Below, piece after piece: positions 18,201-26,891 of a DNA stretch of 64,000 nucleotides. The translations under genes were made by a program, and so were the position numbers. The stretch is from assembly GCA_049517655.1 (NCBI GenBank), contig JBEKRQ010000001.1, forward strand, positions 661,438 through 725,437, read 5' to 3'. The DNA comes from Verrucomicrobiota bacterium. Its GTDB lineage: Bacteria > Verrucomicrobiota > Verrucomicrobiia > Limisphaerales > UBA11358. Within the stretch, counting starts at the first letter, position 1, and the number at the start of each line of letters is the position of its first letter. The notes under the pieces are model-generated. The model did not search any database and was not told where the DNA came from. It saw only the letters and a list, made by a program, of their open reading frames with translations.

Positions 18201-20728
18201 TTGGTGCTGTAGGCATAAAGGGTTGAAACGTTGTCAGGATCAATCGTATTGGTGAGCTGGCCTTTTGAGTTGTAGAAGGACTGGCTGTAGTGATTATCAG
18301 CATAAAGTGTTTTGACGGTGCGGCCCGCCATATCGGTATAGGTCTTTGTCCATTCGGAAGTGAGGTTGCCATTGACATCGAGATTGGTTTCCACGGTGTA
18401 GGTCCAATAAGCGCCGGAATTATATTCCACGCCGTAGCTGTAGGCTTTTCCGTGCACGGCAATGCCAGTAACACTCTTGAGCGAGCCGTCGGCATAATAA
18501 GTGTCAATGCGCGTGCCGCCATTGGGATAAACGCTGGTGCGGATAGTTCCGCCCGTTGGGGCATTCGTCCGGCTGTAAGTGGTGACGCCGTCTAGGGCGT
18601 TGGTCTGTGCAATGAGTTCACCGGCCAGGTCATAGGATGACTGCCCAAGAATTACCGATGAGTCATCGGAGCCCACCCTGACAGATGCGAGGACATGACC
18701 GGCGGCGTCGAGGGCATTGGTGAAGGTGATGGGGTTGTTGCCGGTGCCATTGACATACCTTGCATAACCGATTTGGCGTTTGGCGGGGTCGTAGAGGTAT
18801 TGGGTGAACACGCCGTCGCGGTCAATGGTGTTGTCCAGCCCACAACAGCCGTATTGGGTCGTCTCGGTCGTGCCGTCGTTGTATTGAACCAGTGTGGGCC
18901 GGCCCAAATCATCCGTCTGGAGGGTTACTGCGGAGGACAGCAACAATCCAGAGGCGATGTCGTAGGTCGCGTTGGAGATCGAGTTGCCCCCCAAATCCAC
19001 CACGGTCACGGCCTTGGTGCCATCCACGACGTTGGTGCCCGTGGCATCGGGCACCCCCGACCAAACGGTGGTCGTCAAGCCGGTCGCATTGGTGGCATAC
19101 TGATAAACACTCACCGTGCCGTCGGGGTTTTTCGTCCAAGCGGGATAACTTTCAAAATTGCCATCGGTGAACGAAGTATTGACTGTGACGAGATTGTTCA
19201 ATGCGCCAATCACGGCGCCCGGTGTCTGGCACACGAAGTTGCTTACGCCTCCCGGAAAATCCACACGGTAGGAACGGGCTGTTTCCTGACCCAGCAAAGT
19301 CTCCACCGTTGTTGACTGCGCTGTGACACCGCTAGTGCCGGTAGTGTAACCATTAATTGTCACACGGCATTGGGATTCCGGAGCGCCCACAGGCGCATCC
19401 TTAAATTGTGCCACTGTCTTCACCCGGCGGGACCCGGAATCATACTGATAAAGCTCCCAATAGCCGGACGGCGTTGTGATTTGCTTCAATTGTCCGTAGT
19501 TGCCGCCATCCACGGCAGCGTTGGTGTAATAGCTCCATGTATTGGTCTGCGCTCCAAGCCCGTCCGGATTCACGATCCGTTGGATGAGATTCGTTTCGTC
19601 CCACGGAAATACCTGATACGTTTCGACCTGCTTAAAGGCCACAGTGTCATCTGCATTCAATACGACGTTTGTTTCGGTGAGGATCGTCTGGCTGCCATCC
19701 CAAAACTGCGACCGTGTTTCTTTGCGTAGTCCGTCACCGGTGATCAATTCCCAGTATTGTGCGTTCGCAACCCAAGTGTAATCATATTGATGATCACCCA
19801 GCTGGCCCGTGGTATTGATGCGCAATCGGTTATAGGTGTTGGTGGAAGCATCGGGATTTTGCACGGTGACTGCGTTAAAGGGCTGGCCGGTGGGCGGATA
19901 GAGACCGTTAATTTTATTCAGGCTGAAATTGGATGCCGTGTAGAAGTTAACCGAATAGCAGAAATCGTTGCTGACAATGACATCGGCAAGCAGTTGCGAA
20001 GTGCGTACCTGCCGCAACACGCCTGTGGCACCGTCATTGATCCGCTCGACGGATGCGCCTAAATATGCCTGAATGCCGTCAGGCTTGGCCAAAGACAAGC
20101 CCGGATAGTTGTCTTCGATGACCAGTTGCCCGGCATTTTGCTGATATGCATACTTGCCGAGTCCCATTCTGAAATGAAGGCTATTAAGACCGGCTTCTAC
20201 AGAACCAGCGGCGCAGCTATTACCACTGCAACCGCCGCATTTAGCCCGCCAAGTAATATAAACAGGGGGGCCACTAAACGGCCAGCCAATATGGTTTCCA
20301 CAACCATCGTCATCGGTTGCAGTGATCGTAACTTGCAGGCGTTTGCCATTGGGACAAATGGATATATCACTTGCTGGCAGTTTCTGATTAATAATTTGAT
20401 TCCCCCAGTGTTTACTTGGGCAGGAGAAACTCGGGCCTGTTGAGGAAACGCTTCCAATCGTGCCCTTGTCATCAAAAGAAGCACTGTTCACTATCACTTC
20501 ATAATTACCGGGAATAAGCGTGAATGGAAAATCGTCACTTTCCAAAGTTCGAGTGATGGTGGCACCGGCCCCCAGTCCGAGACTTCCCAACGACACCCAA
20601 TAACTGTATGACTTGGATTGTTCCACCCACTCAGTATTCAATGCAAATACCCGGCAACAGGCAAAGCAAACCAGAAACGCCACAGTTATCCGAACATTGT
20701 AATGTAAGAAATTATAAATTAGTTTCAT
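15254..20728 (-). CDS. Full-length Rhs/YD-repeat protein (1824 aa) with a Sec-type signal peptide and a 117-aa phospholipase A2-like C-terminal toxin tip
   Basis: GGAG lies 8 nt upstream of the ATG at 20728. N-terminus is MKLIYNFLHYNVRITVAFLVCFACCRVFA. There are dozens of YD repeats. Core reads WGLDLSGSMDGAGGVGGLL...YDGNGN...FAKNSPIDQIDPRGL. Tip (15254-15607) has NWCGSDWTGG, DNCCRKHDACF and CDDLLCDC, matching the WCGxG / CCxxHDxC / CDC pattern of bee-venom-type PLA2. No PAAR or VgrG-type N-terminus. Confidence 0.9.
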   Translation of the reverse strand: MKLIYNFLHYNVRITVAFLVCFACCRVFALNTEWVEQSKSYSYWVSLGSLGLGAGATITRTLESDDFPFTLIPGNYEVIVNSASFDDKGTIGSVSSTGPSFSCPSKHWGNQIINQKLPASDISICPNGKRLQVTITATDDDGCGNHIGWPFSGPPVYITWRAKCGGCSGNSCAAGSVEAGLNSLHFRMGLGKYAYQQNAGQLVIEDNYPGLSLAKPDGIQAYLGASVERINDGATGVLRQVRTSQLLADVIVSNDFCYSVNFYTASNFSLNKINGLYPPTGQPFNAVTVQNPDASTNTYNRLRINTTGQLGDHQYDYTWVANAQYWELITGDGLRKETRSQFWDGSQTILTETNVVLNADDTVAFKQVETYQVFPWDETNLIQRIVNPDGLGAQTNTWSYYTNAAVDGGNYGQLKQITTPSGYWELYQYDSGSRRVKTVAQFKDAPVGAPESQCRVTINGYTTGTSGVTAQSTTVETLLGQETARSYRVDFPGGVSNFVCQTPGAVIGALNNLVTVNTSFTDGNFESYPAWTKNPDGTVSVYQYATNATGLTTTVWSGVPDATGTNVVDGTKAVTVVDLGGNSISNATYDIASGLLLSSAVTLQTDDLGRPTLVQYNDGTTETTQYGCCGLDNTIDRDGVFTQYLYDPAKRQIGYARYVNGTGNNPITFTNALDAAGHVLASVRVGSDDSSVILGQSSYDLAGELIAQTNALDGVTTYSRTNAPTGGTIRTSVYPNGGTRIDTYYADGSLKSVTGIAVHGKAYSYGVEYNSGAYWTYTVETNLDVNGNLTSEWTKTYTDMAGRTVKTLYADNHYSQSFYNSKGQLTNTIDPDNVSTLYAYSTKGELAYTAIDMDRNGTIDFGGTDRITWTTNDVTTVNGVNVRRSRTYVWDQNGVDQSVLISEIRVSTDDLTNWQTVYRDAGTPVTATSQTSYSGNSRSTITTAPDGSYTISAYSYGRLTQVQRFDSSSVLLASSSYGYDPQGRQNTVTDARNGTTTYGFNNADLVTSVAAPLSQTTTTLYDNMMRPYSVIQPDGTTVNSVYLLTGELGLQYGSRTYPVGYGYDYAGRLQTMTNWSSYPNTGARLTTWNYNGQRGWLTSKAYDGGAAGPGYTYTSAGRLASRTWARGITTTYGYDNAGGLATIVYSGGTTSNVTNTYDRLGRLIQVGGASSTESLTYNSANQLLSETVNGVTVTNNYDSYLRRTNLSLLNPSSVLLASASYAYDTASRLQTVSTLDIGLGTLDSATYSYLANSPLVGQITFQQSGTTRMTTTKSYDNLNRLTQISTLDVGLRTLDSHTYNYNNANQRTRTTLADGSYWIYNYDSLGQVTSGKKYWSDGTPVAGQQFEYNFDNIGNRTQTKAGGDQGGAGLRPASYSVNTLNQITSRDYPGMNDVIGVAIATNAVTVNGQIAYRKVEYFQSAMGTNNSSAPAWLGVTVASGNNTNTGNIFITKTPETFGYDADGNLTNDGRWMLTWDAENRLTKAESLTNTPTASERKVTWEYDGKGRRIRQTTYDGSSGSYLVTEDLKFVSDGWRHIAELNATNNALVRSYTWGLDLSGSMDGAGGVGGLLMMNSAVNGEHFYAYDGNGNVAALVKASDGTVSANYEYETFGKPIRATGLMAKENPFRFSTKRMNDTTDLILYEMRPYSPSFGRFLGKDPLGDEAFLREQTKGKGWRAQKHLVEHGNLPSYLFAKNSPIDQIDPRGLKQIWGNWCGSDWTGGQNIASTDYDWENDPSPAVKDGLDNCCRKHDACFANWDLDNHKKLAGKVDTDRCDDLLCDCARANANLSNERANAEIQCAMCSRRNAEDGKGRFCCKITIISF
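16843..17034 (-). repeat. Two imperfect heptamer tracts, (AGTCCAA)5-like on the + strand, inside the main Rhs, encoding STLDVGLRTLDS and STLDIGLGTLDS
   Basis: 16843-16878 reads agtccaa agtccga agtccaa cgtccaa agtcgaa. 16999-17034 reads agtccaa agtccca agtccaa tgtccaa agtcgaa. Homologous tracts lie at 4193-4228, 8391-8426, 8547-8583 and 14261-14287. Confidence 0.7.
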
Positions 20729-20768
20729 GGAATTATCTCCAGTTTGGCATAAATTCATTTTTTATTCC

Positions 20769-23700
20769 CTATTTCAACGGCGTGAACACCATCAGCCCAT
20801 TTCCGGCGGTCAATCCGTTGGCCGAGTCGTAGGCCTGCCAATCACTAAGATCGCCAGTGTTGTAAACTCCGTCACCATTACTGTCTTCCAGATAATCGGG
20901 GATGCCATCGCCATCGTAATCAAGAGGATTGCCATAGGCATCCACAGCCACGTAGTGGTAGCCGATGCTCACGGTGTTGGTGCCTTCAATGACCTGATTG
21001 GTCGTGACGGTGTAGTGATACAGGCCAACCTGATCCGCCGTCGTGCTGCCAGCATGGATGAGCGGACTATCGGGCGGTTGATAGAAACCACCCAGCCAAC
21101 TGGTCTGATAGGCCAGGGTTGCATTGGTCACCACGTCATTGGCATTGGTCGGATATAACCGGCCGTTGCAGTTGAGATAGGCGTTGTAACCATTGGTCAA
21201 TGTGGAATTGGTAATGGTGCAAGTGTCGAAGTCGTTGTTAAAGGCATACCAGACGGTGTTCGAGGGTTGAGGCAGGTTGACGGTGGTTCCAAACACCAGA
21301 TTGTTGGACAGGGCGAGCGTGGACTGAAGGTTGGTGGCAAAGTTGGCGATGGCGGAGTAATAAAAGAGATTGTTCATCAGTGTCACTGTCCCTCCAGCAC
21401 TGTTGTCAATCGCCGCCCTGCACTGCACAAATTGGCTGTCCCGGACGCTCACCGTGCCTGAACCGGAAATGCCGGTGCCCGCATATGCCAGCCGCAAAAA
21501 TCTATAATCGTTGGTCTGCCCGCTTTCGTCTGAAAGATACGTCCCGCTATTGGTATTGCTTGGATTGCCAGTGCTTCCCTCGATGGTTACGCCCGCTGAA
21601 TTGTCGTCCTTGGAGGTCAAGACAGCCATGTCGGAGGGGCCGGTCAAACAGACCAATGGCCCGTTCAACGTCATTTGCGCCGCCGGTTGACCGGCGTATT
21701 TAATCACCGCTCCACCTTCGATCGTCGTGACACCGTATAATTGGACGGGTGTTCCTATGTAATACGTCATGTTGAATTCGAACATATAATTTGTCAGGGA
21801 ACCCGAGAGAGCTGTGGGGATCGTAAGGGTCGCATTGGAACTGGTGACACTGCCCACAGCATTGGTAATCACGACGTAATAGTTGCCGGCATCGGTGGTT
21901 TGGATGTTGTTAAGTGTCAGTGTCGCGTTGGTCGCAGATTCCAGCGCAGCAGAGTTGAAATACCACTGATAACTCAAGGACATTGTGCCAATGGCAGTCA
22001 CAGTGAACGTCGCGTTACTTCCTTGAAACACTATTTGATTGGTTGGTTCTGTTATGATCATTGGCGGCATCAGCGTCGTCGCATTGGTCTCGGCCGAATA
22101 ACCCGATTCCCCAACCCAGTTGCTCGCTTTAGCCCGATAGTAATACGTCGTCCCCGCCGCCAGATTCGTGTCCACATACGACGTCACCCCCGACACCTCC
22201 GCCACCACCGTAAAAACTCCTTCGCTGTTTGTCGCCCGCTCAAGGCTGATTGCCACACCCGCGCCGCCATTCCATGTCTCCTGCCAAGTCAACCCAATCT
22301 GCGTGGACGAAATTGCCGTCGCCGTCAGGTTGGTCGGCGGCGTCGGCGCGGTCACCACCGCATACTTGGCATCCAAATACTCATTGACTGCCAGCCGTTC
22401 CCCCGCCGTCAGGGTTCGGTCAAACACCAGCACCTCAGCGATGTCCCCGGCAAAGCAAGGATTTCCAAAGAACCCCTCCCCTAACGTGGGATAAGGGTTA
22501 TAGCCATAGATGTTGGTGGTGGTGCTGTACTGCAACTCCCCATTGATCCATGCCGCCCAGTAGTTGCTCTGCCCGGCTACCTCATACAGATGATACTGAT
22601 ACAACGGCTGCGCCGGAATGCCTACTGTACAGTACGAAGTGCTCCCGAAATCATCCACGATGTTCCCGCTGCCGTTCGGATATCCCAATTCCGAATCCCA
22701 CATCCCGCCTGTACCCAAGGTCCAAAGAGGCCCGTTGCCTTGACCCGGTGCTACATTCGCCTTCAACACCACAAACGCCTCTGCTTGCGTCGTTCCGTTC
22801 AAAAAGTTCGGCAAAGTGAAATACTGATCACTAGGATACGGGTTGTTGTTGGTTGGATTAAATCGCACCACCGGCAAGCCGTTGAGTGCGTTGGTGACAT
22901 AGAGTGGCTGAGAGTATGTATAACTCTGGGTGGCACTGTTATTCCAACCACTGCTGTCAGGCCACGTGCTGACGGGAGCATTGTTGGTAAGTCCGGTAAT
23001 TACATTCGCTTTCAGCCAGAGACGAACATTGTTGCTGGCAAACAGGGAGCTGATGGTAATGTTCACCACTGAAGAAGTGGCGGAAAGACCGTAGTTGTCA
23101 TCCGCCACAGCCGTAAGGCCATAGCTCCCGGCCTGCGCATTGCTCCAAACCAGACTGTAGGGCGGATTGGTTACAATGCCCAGACTATTGGTCGCCCCTT
23201 CAAAAAATTGAACCTGAATAATGGTTCCTGCAAAATCACTGGCGGTAGCCGTCAATGTCACGTTGGTCTGACTGGCAATAATGATTGTGTTGTCGGCTGG
23301 ATTGGTGATCGAAACTGTTGGCGGTATCGGCACCGTCAGCACAGCATTGGAACTGGTTGCCGAACCAAAAGCGTTGGTCACCACCACCGCGTAATTGCCC
23401 GCATTTGTTGTCTGAACGTTGGTCAGTGTCAACGATGTGTTGGTCGCTCCACCCAGTACATTCATTCCGTTGAAATACCACTGGTAACTCAATGGAGTTA
23501 TACCCGCTGCCGTCACGCTGAAGGTCGCGTTGCTCCCCTGAATCACCGCCTGACTTTGCGGTTGCGTCAAAATCGCCAGCGCCCAATTGGTTTCACCATT
23601 GTCAACCAATCCATTTCCATTAGCATCTTCGATGTAATCCGGTATGCCATTGCTATTTGAGTCGAGTGGATTGCCATATTGATCCACGGCTATGTAGTGG

Positions 23701-26573
23701 TAGCCGATGCTGACGGTGTTAGTGCTTTCAATAACCTGATTGGTCATGACGGTGTAGTGATACAGGCCGACCTGGTCTGCCGTCGTGCTGCCGGCATGGA
23801 TGAGCGGGCTGTTCGTCGGCTGATAGAAACCACCCAAAGGCCCGGATTGGTAGGCCAACGAGTTGGTCAGCACGATGTCATTCGCATTGGTCGGATAAAG
23901 CTGCCCGCTGCAATTGAGATAAGCGTTGTAACCGTTGATGGTCATCAGTTTTACACCCCTCCTACCAGGTTCAGAAATAGTGCAGCTGTCGAAATCGTTG
24001 TTAAATAAAAACCATATGTTGGAGTTAGAGTAGGACTGAAGTGTTACCGGCGTGTTCCAAAACAGGCTGTTGGAAAATGACAAACTATAATTTATTTCGT
24101 TAACAGAACCAGCAGAGATACTTGAACGGGCGAACAGGGTGTTCTGGATGTTGGCCGTAGTCGAATCCGCACCATCAAAGATATTCTGCCCGTTCCACAG
24201 TTCGCAATTTTGAACCAGCAGACTGTTAAAAGCCCAACCGCTGGAGTTGTAGAATTGATACTCTCCGCCCGCCGGAGTCACAAATTGGCTGAATTGAAAC
24301 GTGCCGTTTGGCCCCACGCTTCCATAGTGATAGGAATTTATATTCCAGCTATCCCAGAGGCTGTCAGGCCCGATGGATATGGGTTGCTCTTGAACCGCAA
24401 GATACCATACAAACCGGTTGGGAGTGAGCGGCGTGCCCACGGAAACCACTGAACTGCCATCCTGCAACCAAATCCCCGCCAAATCATTGTAGCAGGCAAT
24501 CACCGTGCCGTTGTTGATCGTTAGAGTTGCATTGGTAATGAAATACCTTTCTGTGATATAATCAATCGGGTCGTAGTGATAGCCCAAGTCCGGTGCAGCA
24601 TTCGTGTCTCTTGGGGCTTGCGGTCCCAACGTGACGTTTGAGGTAATCGTCACGTTGGAATAACCACTCACAATGGGCGGATGGGTGGTCTTTTTCTTAA
24701 GGTCAGCCAGCAGGGTCAGGTCAATGTTCGTTGTGCCGGCGTTGGTAAAAGCGCAACCATTGGTAAGATAATAATTGCCAGCACCTACTGCTTGAAACGG
24801 ATAGAAGTTGTTGGTGACTGTTGAGGAACCAAAATTCGGGCTGTTGTAAAACCCGTTATCACTGCCGGAAATTTGATAGGTCAGCCACGGGACTGTGGGG
24901 TTGTTGGTCAGGTTTGACACATTGACAAAAAGGCAATTCGTAAAACACGGATTGAATGACTGATAGCCCTCGTTAACCGCCGTGAGGTAGGAACTGGAAC
25001 TGAACGTTGAATTCTGAACATCGAGGGAACACGAAAACAGGTTGTTGAAATTCGTCTGCACACTGCTAAACAACACGTTTCTCAGGTAAACAGCATTAGC
25101 AAAGGCCGTAAATCCGTTTTGACAATTAACAATCTGGCCGTTGTAAAAGTAACAGGAATTATTACAACTCAGTGAAACCGCTTGCCGGGCATAGGCAATG
25201 CGGAAATAAGAGATCGTCTGTATAGTGCCGGATTCAATAATCTGCAAAACGGGGTTGGCATAATAACCTGAAGGATTGCCCGATCCAAATGATTCACCCA
25301 CTGAATTGTCATCCACAGCGGTAAAAATCACCGGCCGATACGCGCTCGCCTGCCAGTTGATCGTCGGCCTAAATGCGCTAATCGTTATTGCCAACGAAGC
25401 ATTGCTGGCGTATTTGAGCACCGCTCCGCCTTCAAAGGTGTTGGTTCCATACAGATTCACTGCTCCGCTGATGTAATAGGTCGTGTCGCCTTGAAACGTC
25501 CACCCGGTTTGGGTAGTCATGGTTACATAATCCAGCACCAAACCCCGGGAGGGGGAGGAAGCCTTGGTCAAGAACATGGTGTTGGTGGTCGCCTTGGCCA
25601 GCCGTTGCGGCGGTAAAACCAATGTCTTCGATATGGTCTGCGGTATTGTCCTCGAACTCGTCTGGACGGCCGGTTGCGGCAAGGCATTGAGTTCACCGGC
25701 GATGGATGTCACCGGCACTTCCTCCACCAAAAATTGCCGGCCTTCCAACTTCACCCAGGACTTGCTCACCGATGCGCCTCCTTCATGTGTATCCGACCTC
25801 AACAGGAAAGCCCAGCCCGGCATCATTTTCATTGTCCCAAAGTCCAGGTTCTCGTCACTCAAGGTGATTCCCGCCTGCTTCGGCAACACCATTGTTGTCA
25901 CCGCCGGTTGCGGTGGATTGAAAAATTCCGTCAACACCTGCAACCGTGCTGTTGCGGGGTTAAGGCCATAGGATTCCGGCGTCGGCGGTTGTTCCCGCAG
26001 GATGATGTCCTGCTCAAACCCGGCTTTCGTATAGGTGTAACGCAAATCGGCTTCAACCCCCGTGAAGGCGTCGGGATAGATGACTTGATTGGAACCCACC
26101 AACTGCCCGACCGAATCCTTGAGTTCCGCAATCAGCACGGATTTGACACCGTCATCATAACTCAATCCCAGTGGCCGGCTTTGCAGCGTTTTCCCGTCCG
26201 GTGTCACCAGGCGGATTTCACCTTGATAGATGTCCCCGGGGAAATAGGCCTGATGCCGGCCTTGAGTTGCCGCTGCTGTGCCATTGGGCAATATGTCTAT
26301 CTCTTCCTTCGATTCCACCCATTGGCCGTTCTTCCAGTAGTTCAACCCCGTGGCCAGTTCCACATAGGCTTGATTGGTTTGCAGGACGGTACGGCCTTGG
26401 GCGTTCACTGTCCGGACGATCTTTTGCCAGACCCGGGAATCGGCTCCCTGTTCGCCAATCCGGTAGCCGACAACGGAAGATGGCCTGCCCGTTGTGGTGG
26501 TGGCTGTCGTTTGCGCCTGGGTCAGGTCAATCAACAAACAGGATGCCGCGAGAATCGCCAGTGTCTTTTTCAT
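20769..26573 (-). CDS. Giant secreted multidomain protein (about 1934 aa): N-terminal domain, two right-handed beta-helix regions each ending in a Ca-binding TSP3-like motif, two Ig-like domains, LamG and FN3
   Basis: Signal peptide MKKTLAILAASCLLIDLTQAQ (ATG at 26573; the track ORF extends further to 26684). Ig-like: QPQSQAVIQGSNATFSVTAAG...YQWYFNG...AGNYAVVVTNAFGS (occurs twice). LamG-like: ...AEVLVFDRTLTAGERLAVNEYLDAKY. FN3-like: PPTNLTATAISSTQIGLTW...TTYYYRAKASN. DSNSNGIPDYIEDANGNG and DYDGDGIPDYLEDSNGDG. Confidence 0.85.
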   Translation of the reverse strand: MKKTLAILAASCLLIDLTQAQTTATTTTGRPSSVVGYRIGEQGADSRVWQKIVRTVNAQGRTVLQTNQAYVELATGLNYWKNGQWVESKEEIDILPNGTAAATQGRHQAYFPGDIYQGEIRLVTPDGKTLQSRPLGLSYDDGVKSVLIAELKDSVGQLVGSNQVIYPDAFTGVEADLRYTYTKAGFEQDIILREQPPTPESYGLNPATARLQVLTEFFNPPQPAVTTMVLPKQAGITLSDENLDFGTMKMMPGWAFLLRSDTHEGGASVSKSWVKLEGRQFLVEEVPVTSIAGELNALPQPAVQTSSRTIPQTISKTLVLPPQRLAKATTNTMFLTKASSPSRGLVLDYVTMTTQTGWTFQGDTTYYISGAVNLYGTNTFEGGAVLKYASNASLAITISAFRPTINWQASAYRPVIFTAVDDNSVGESFGSGNPSGYYANPVLQIIESGTIQTISYFRIAYARQAVSLSCNNSCYFYNGQIVNCQNGFTAFANAVYLRNVLFSSVQTNFNNLFSCSLDVQNSTFSSSSYLTAVNEGYQSFNPCFTNCLFVNVSNLTNNPTVPWLTYQISGSDNGFYNSPNFGSSTVTNNFYPFQAVGAGNYYLTNGCAFTNAGTTNIDLTLLADLKKKTTHPPIVSGYSNVTITSNVTLGPQAPRDTNAAPDLGYHYDPIDYITERYFITNATLTINNGTVIACYNDLAGIWLQDGSSVVSVGTPLTPNRFVWYLAVQEQPISIGPDSLWDSWNINSYHYGSVGPNGTFQFSQFVTPAGGEYQFYNSSGWAFNSLLVQNCELWNGQNIFDGADSTTANIQNTLFARSSISAGSVNEINYSLSFSNSLFWNTPVTLQSYSNSNIWFLFNNDFDSCTISEPGRRGVKLMTINGYNAYLNCSGQLYPTNANDIVLTNSLAYQSGPLGGFYQPTNSPLIHAGSTTADQVGLYHYTVMTNQVIESTNTVSIGYHYIAVDQYGNPLDSNSNGIPDYIEDANGNGLVDNGETNWALAILTQPQSQAVIQGSNATFSVTAAGITPLSYQWYFNGMNVLGGATNTSLTLTNVQTTNAGNYAVVVTNAFGSATSSNAVLTVPIPPTVSITNPADNTIIIASQTNVTLTATASDFAGTIIQVQFFEGATNSLGIVTNPPYSLVWSNAQAGSYGLTAVADDNYGLSATSSVVNITISSLFASNNVRLWLKANVITGLTNNAPVSTWPDSSGWNNSATQSYTYSQPLYVTNALNGLPVVRFNPTNNNPYPSDQYFTLPNFLNGTTQAEAFVVLKANVAPGQGNGPLWTLGTGGMWDSELGYPNGSGNIVDDFGSTSYCTVGIPAQPLYQYHLYEVAGQSNYWAAWINGELQYSTTTNIYGYNPYPTLGEGFFGNPCFAGDIAEVLVFDRTLTAGERLAVNEYLDAKYAVVTAPTPPTNLTATAISSTQIGLTWQETWNGGAGVAISLERATNSEGVFTVVAEVSGVTSYVDTNLAAGTTYYYRAKASNWVGESGYSAETNATTLMPPMIITEPTNQIVFQGSNATFTVTAIGTMSLSYQWYFNSAALESATNATLTLNNIQTTDAGNYYVVITNAVGSVTSSNATLTIPTALSGSLTNYMFEFNMTYYIGTPVQLYGVTTIEGGAVIKYAGQPAAQMTLNGPLVCLTGPSDMAVLTSKDDNSAGVTIEGSTGNPSNTNSGTYLSDESGQTNDYRFLRLAYAGTGISGSGTVSVRDSQFVQCRAAIDNSAGGTVTLMNNLFYYSAIANFATNLQSTLALSNNLVFGTTVNLPQPSNTVWYAFNNDFDTCTITNSTLTNGYNAYLNCNGRLYPTNANDVVTNATLAYQTSWLGGFYQPPDSPLIHAGSTTADQVGLYHYTVTTNQVIEGTNTVSIGYHYVAVDAYGNPLDYDGDGIPDYLEDSNGDGVYNTGDLSDWQAYDSANGLTAGNGLMVFTPLK

Positions 26574-26891
26574 GGGAAAGAAACGGTTGAAATATCGATT
26601 ACAGAACTTGAGACGTAGTTTTGGAGAATCACCCCTATCCAAGCAGGCCATCCCGGTAGATGCGCTGTGACCCTTCTGATTCATATCGCTTTAACGGCCT
26701 GCATCACAGAGCCAGCACGTCAGCCATATGATGTGACTCGAAACTAACGGCTTTTAACTGACAATCCCCAATCGCCGCAAGAAAAACTTATTCACAACGC
26801 TTCCATCTTAACTTTTTATTGTCTCATGACAACGACGGCAGGGAAACAATCCGGTGACAAATCATGCATCCGCTCCGCACCGCCGTCGAAA

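Noticed and set aside
15254-26573. Reading the giant protein plus Rhs as a Tc-toxin (TcA + TcB/TcC) analogue.
   Set aside because: Rhs cages are shared with TcB/TcC. However, I see no TcA-like long helical pore-forming region and no TcB beta-propeller signature that I can recognise in the sequence. Only the weaker adhesin-partner hypothesis is retained.
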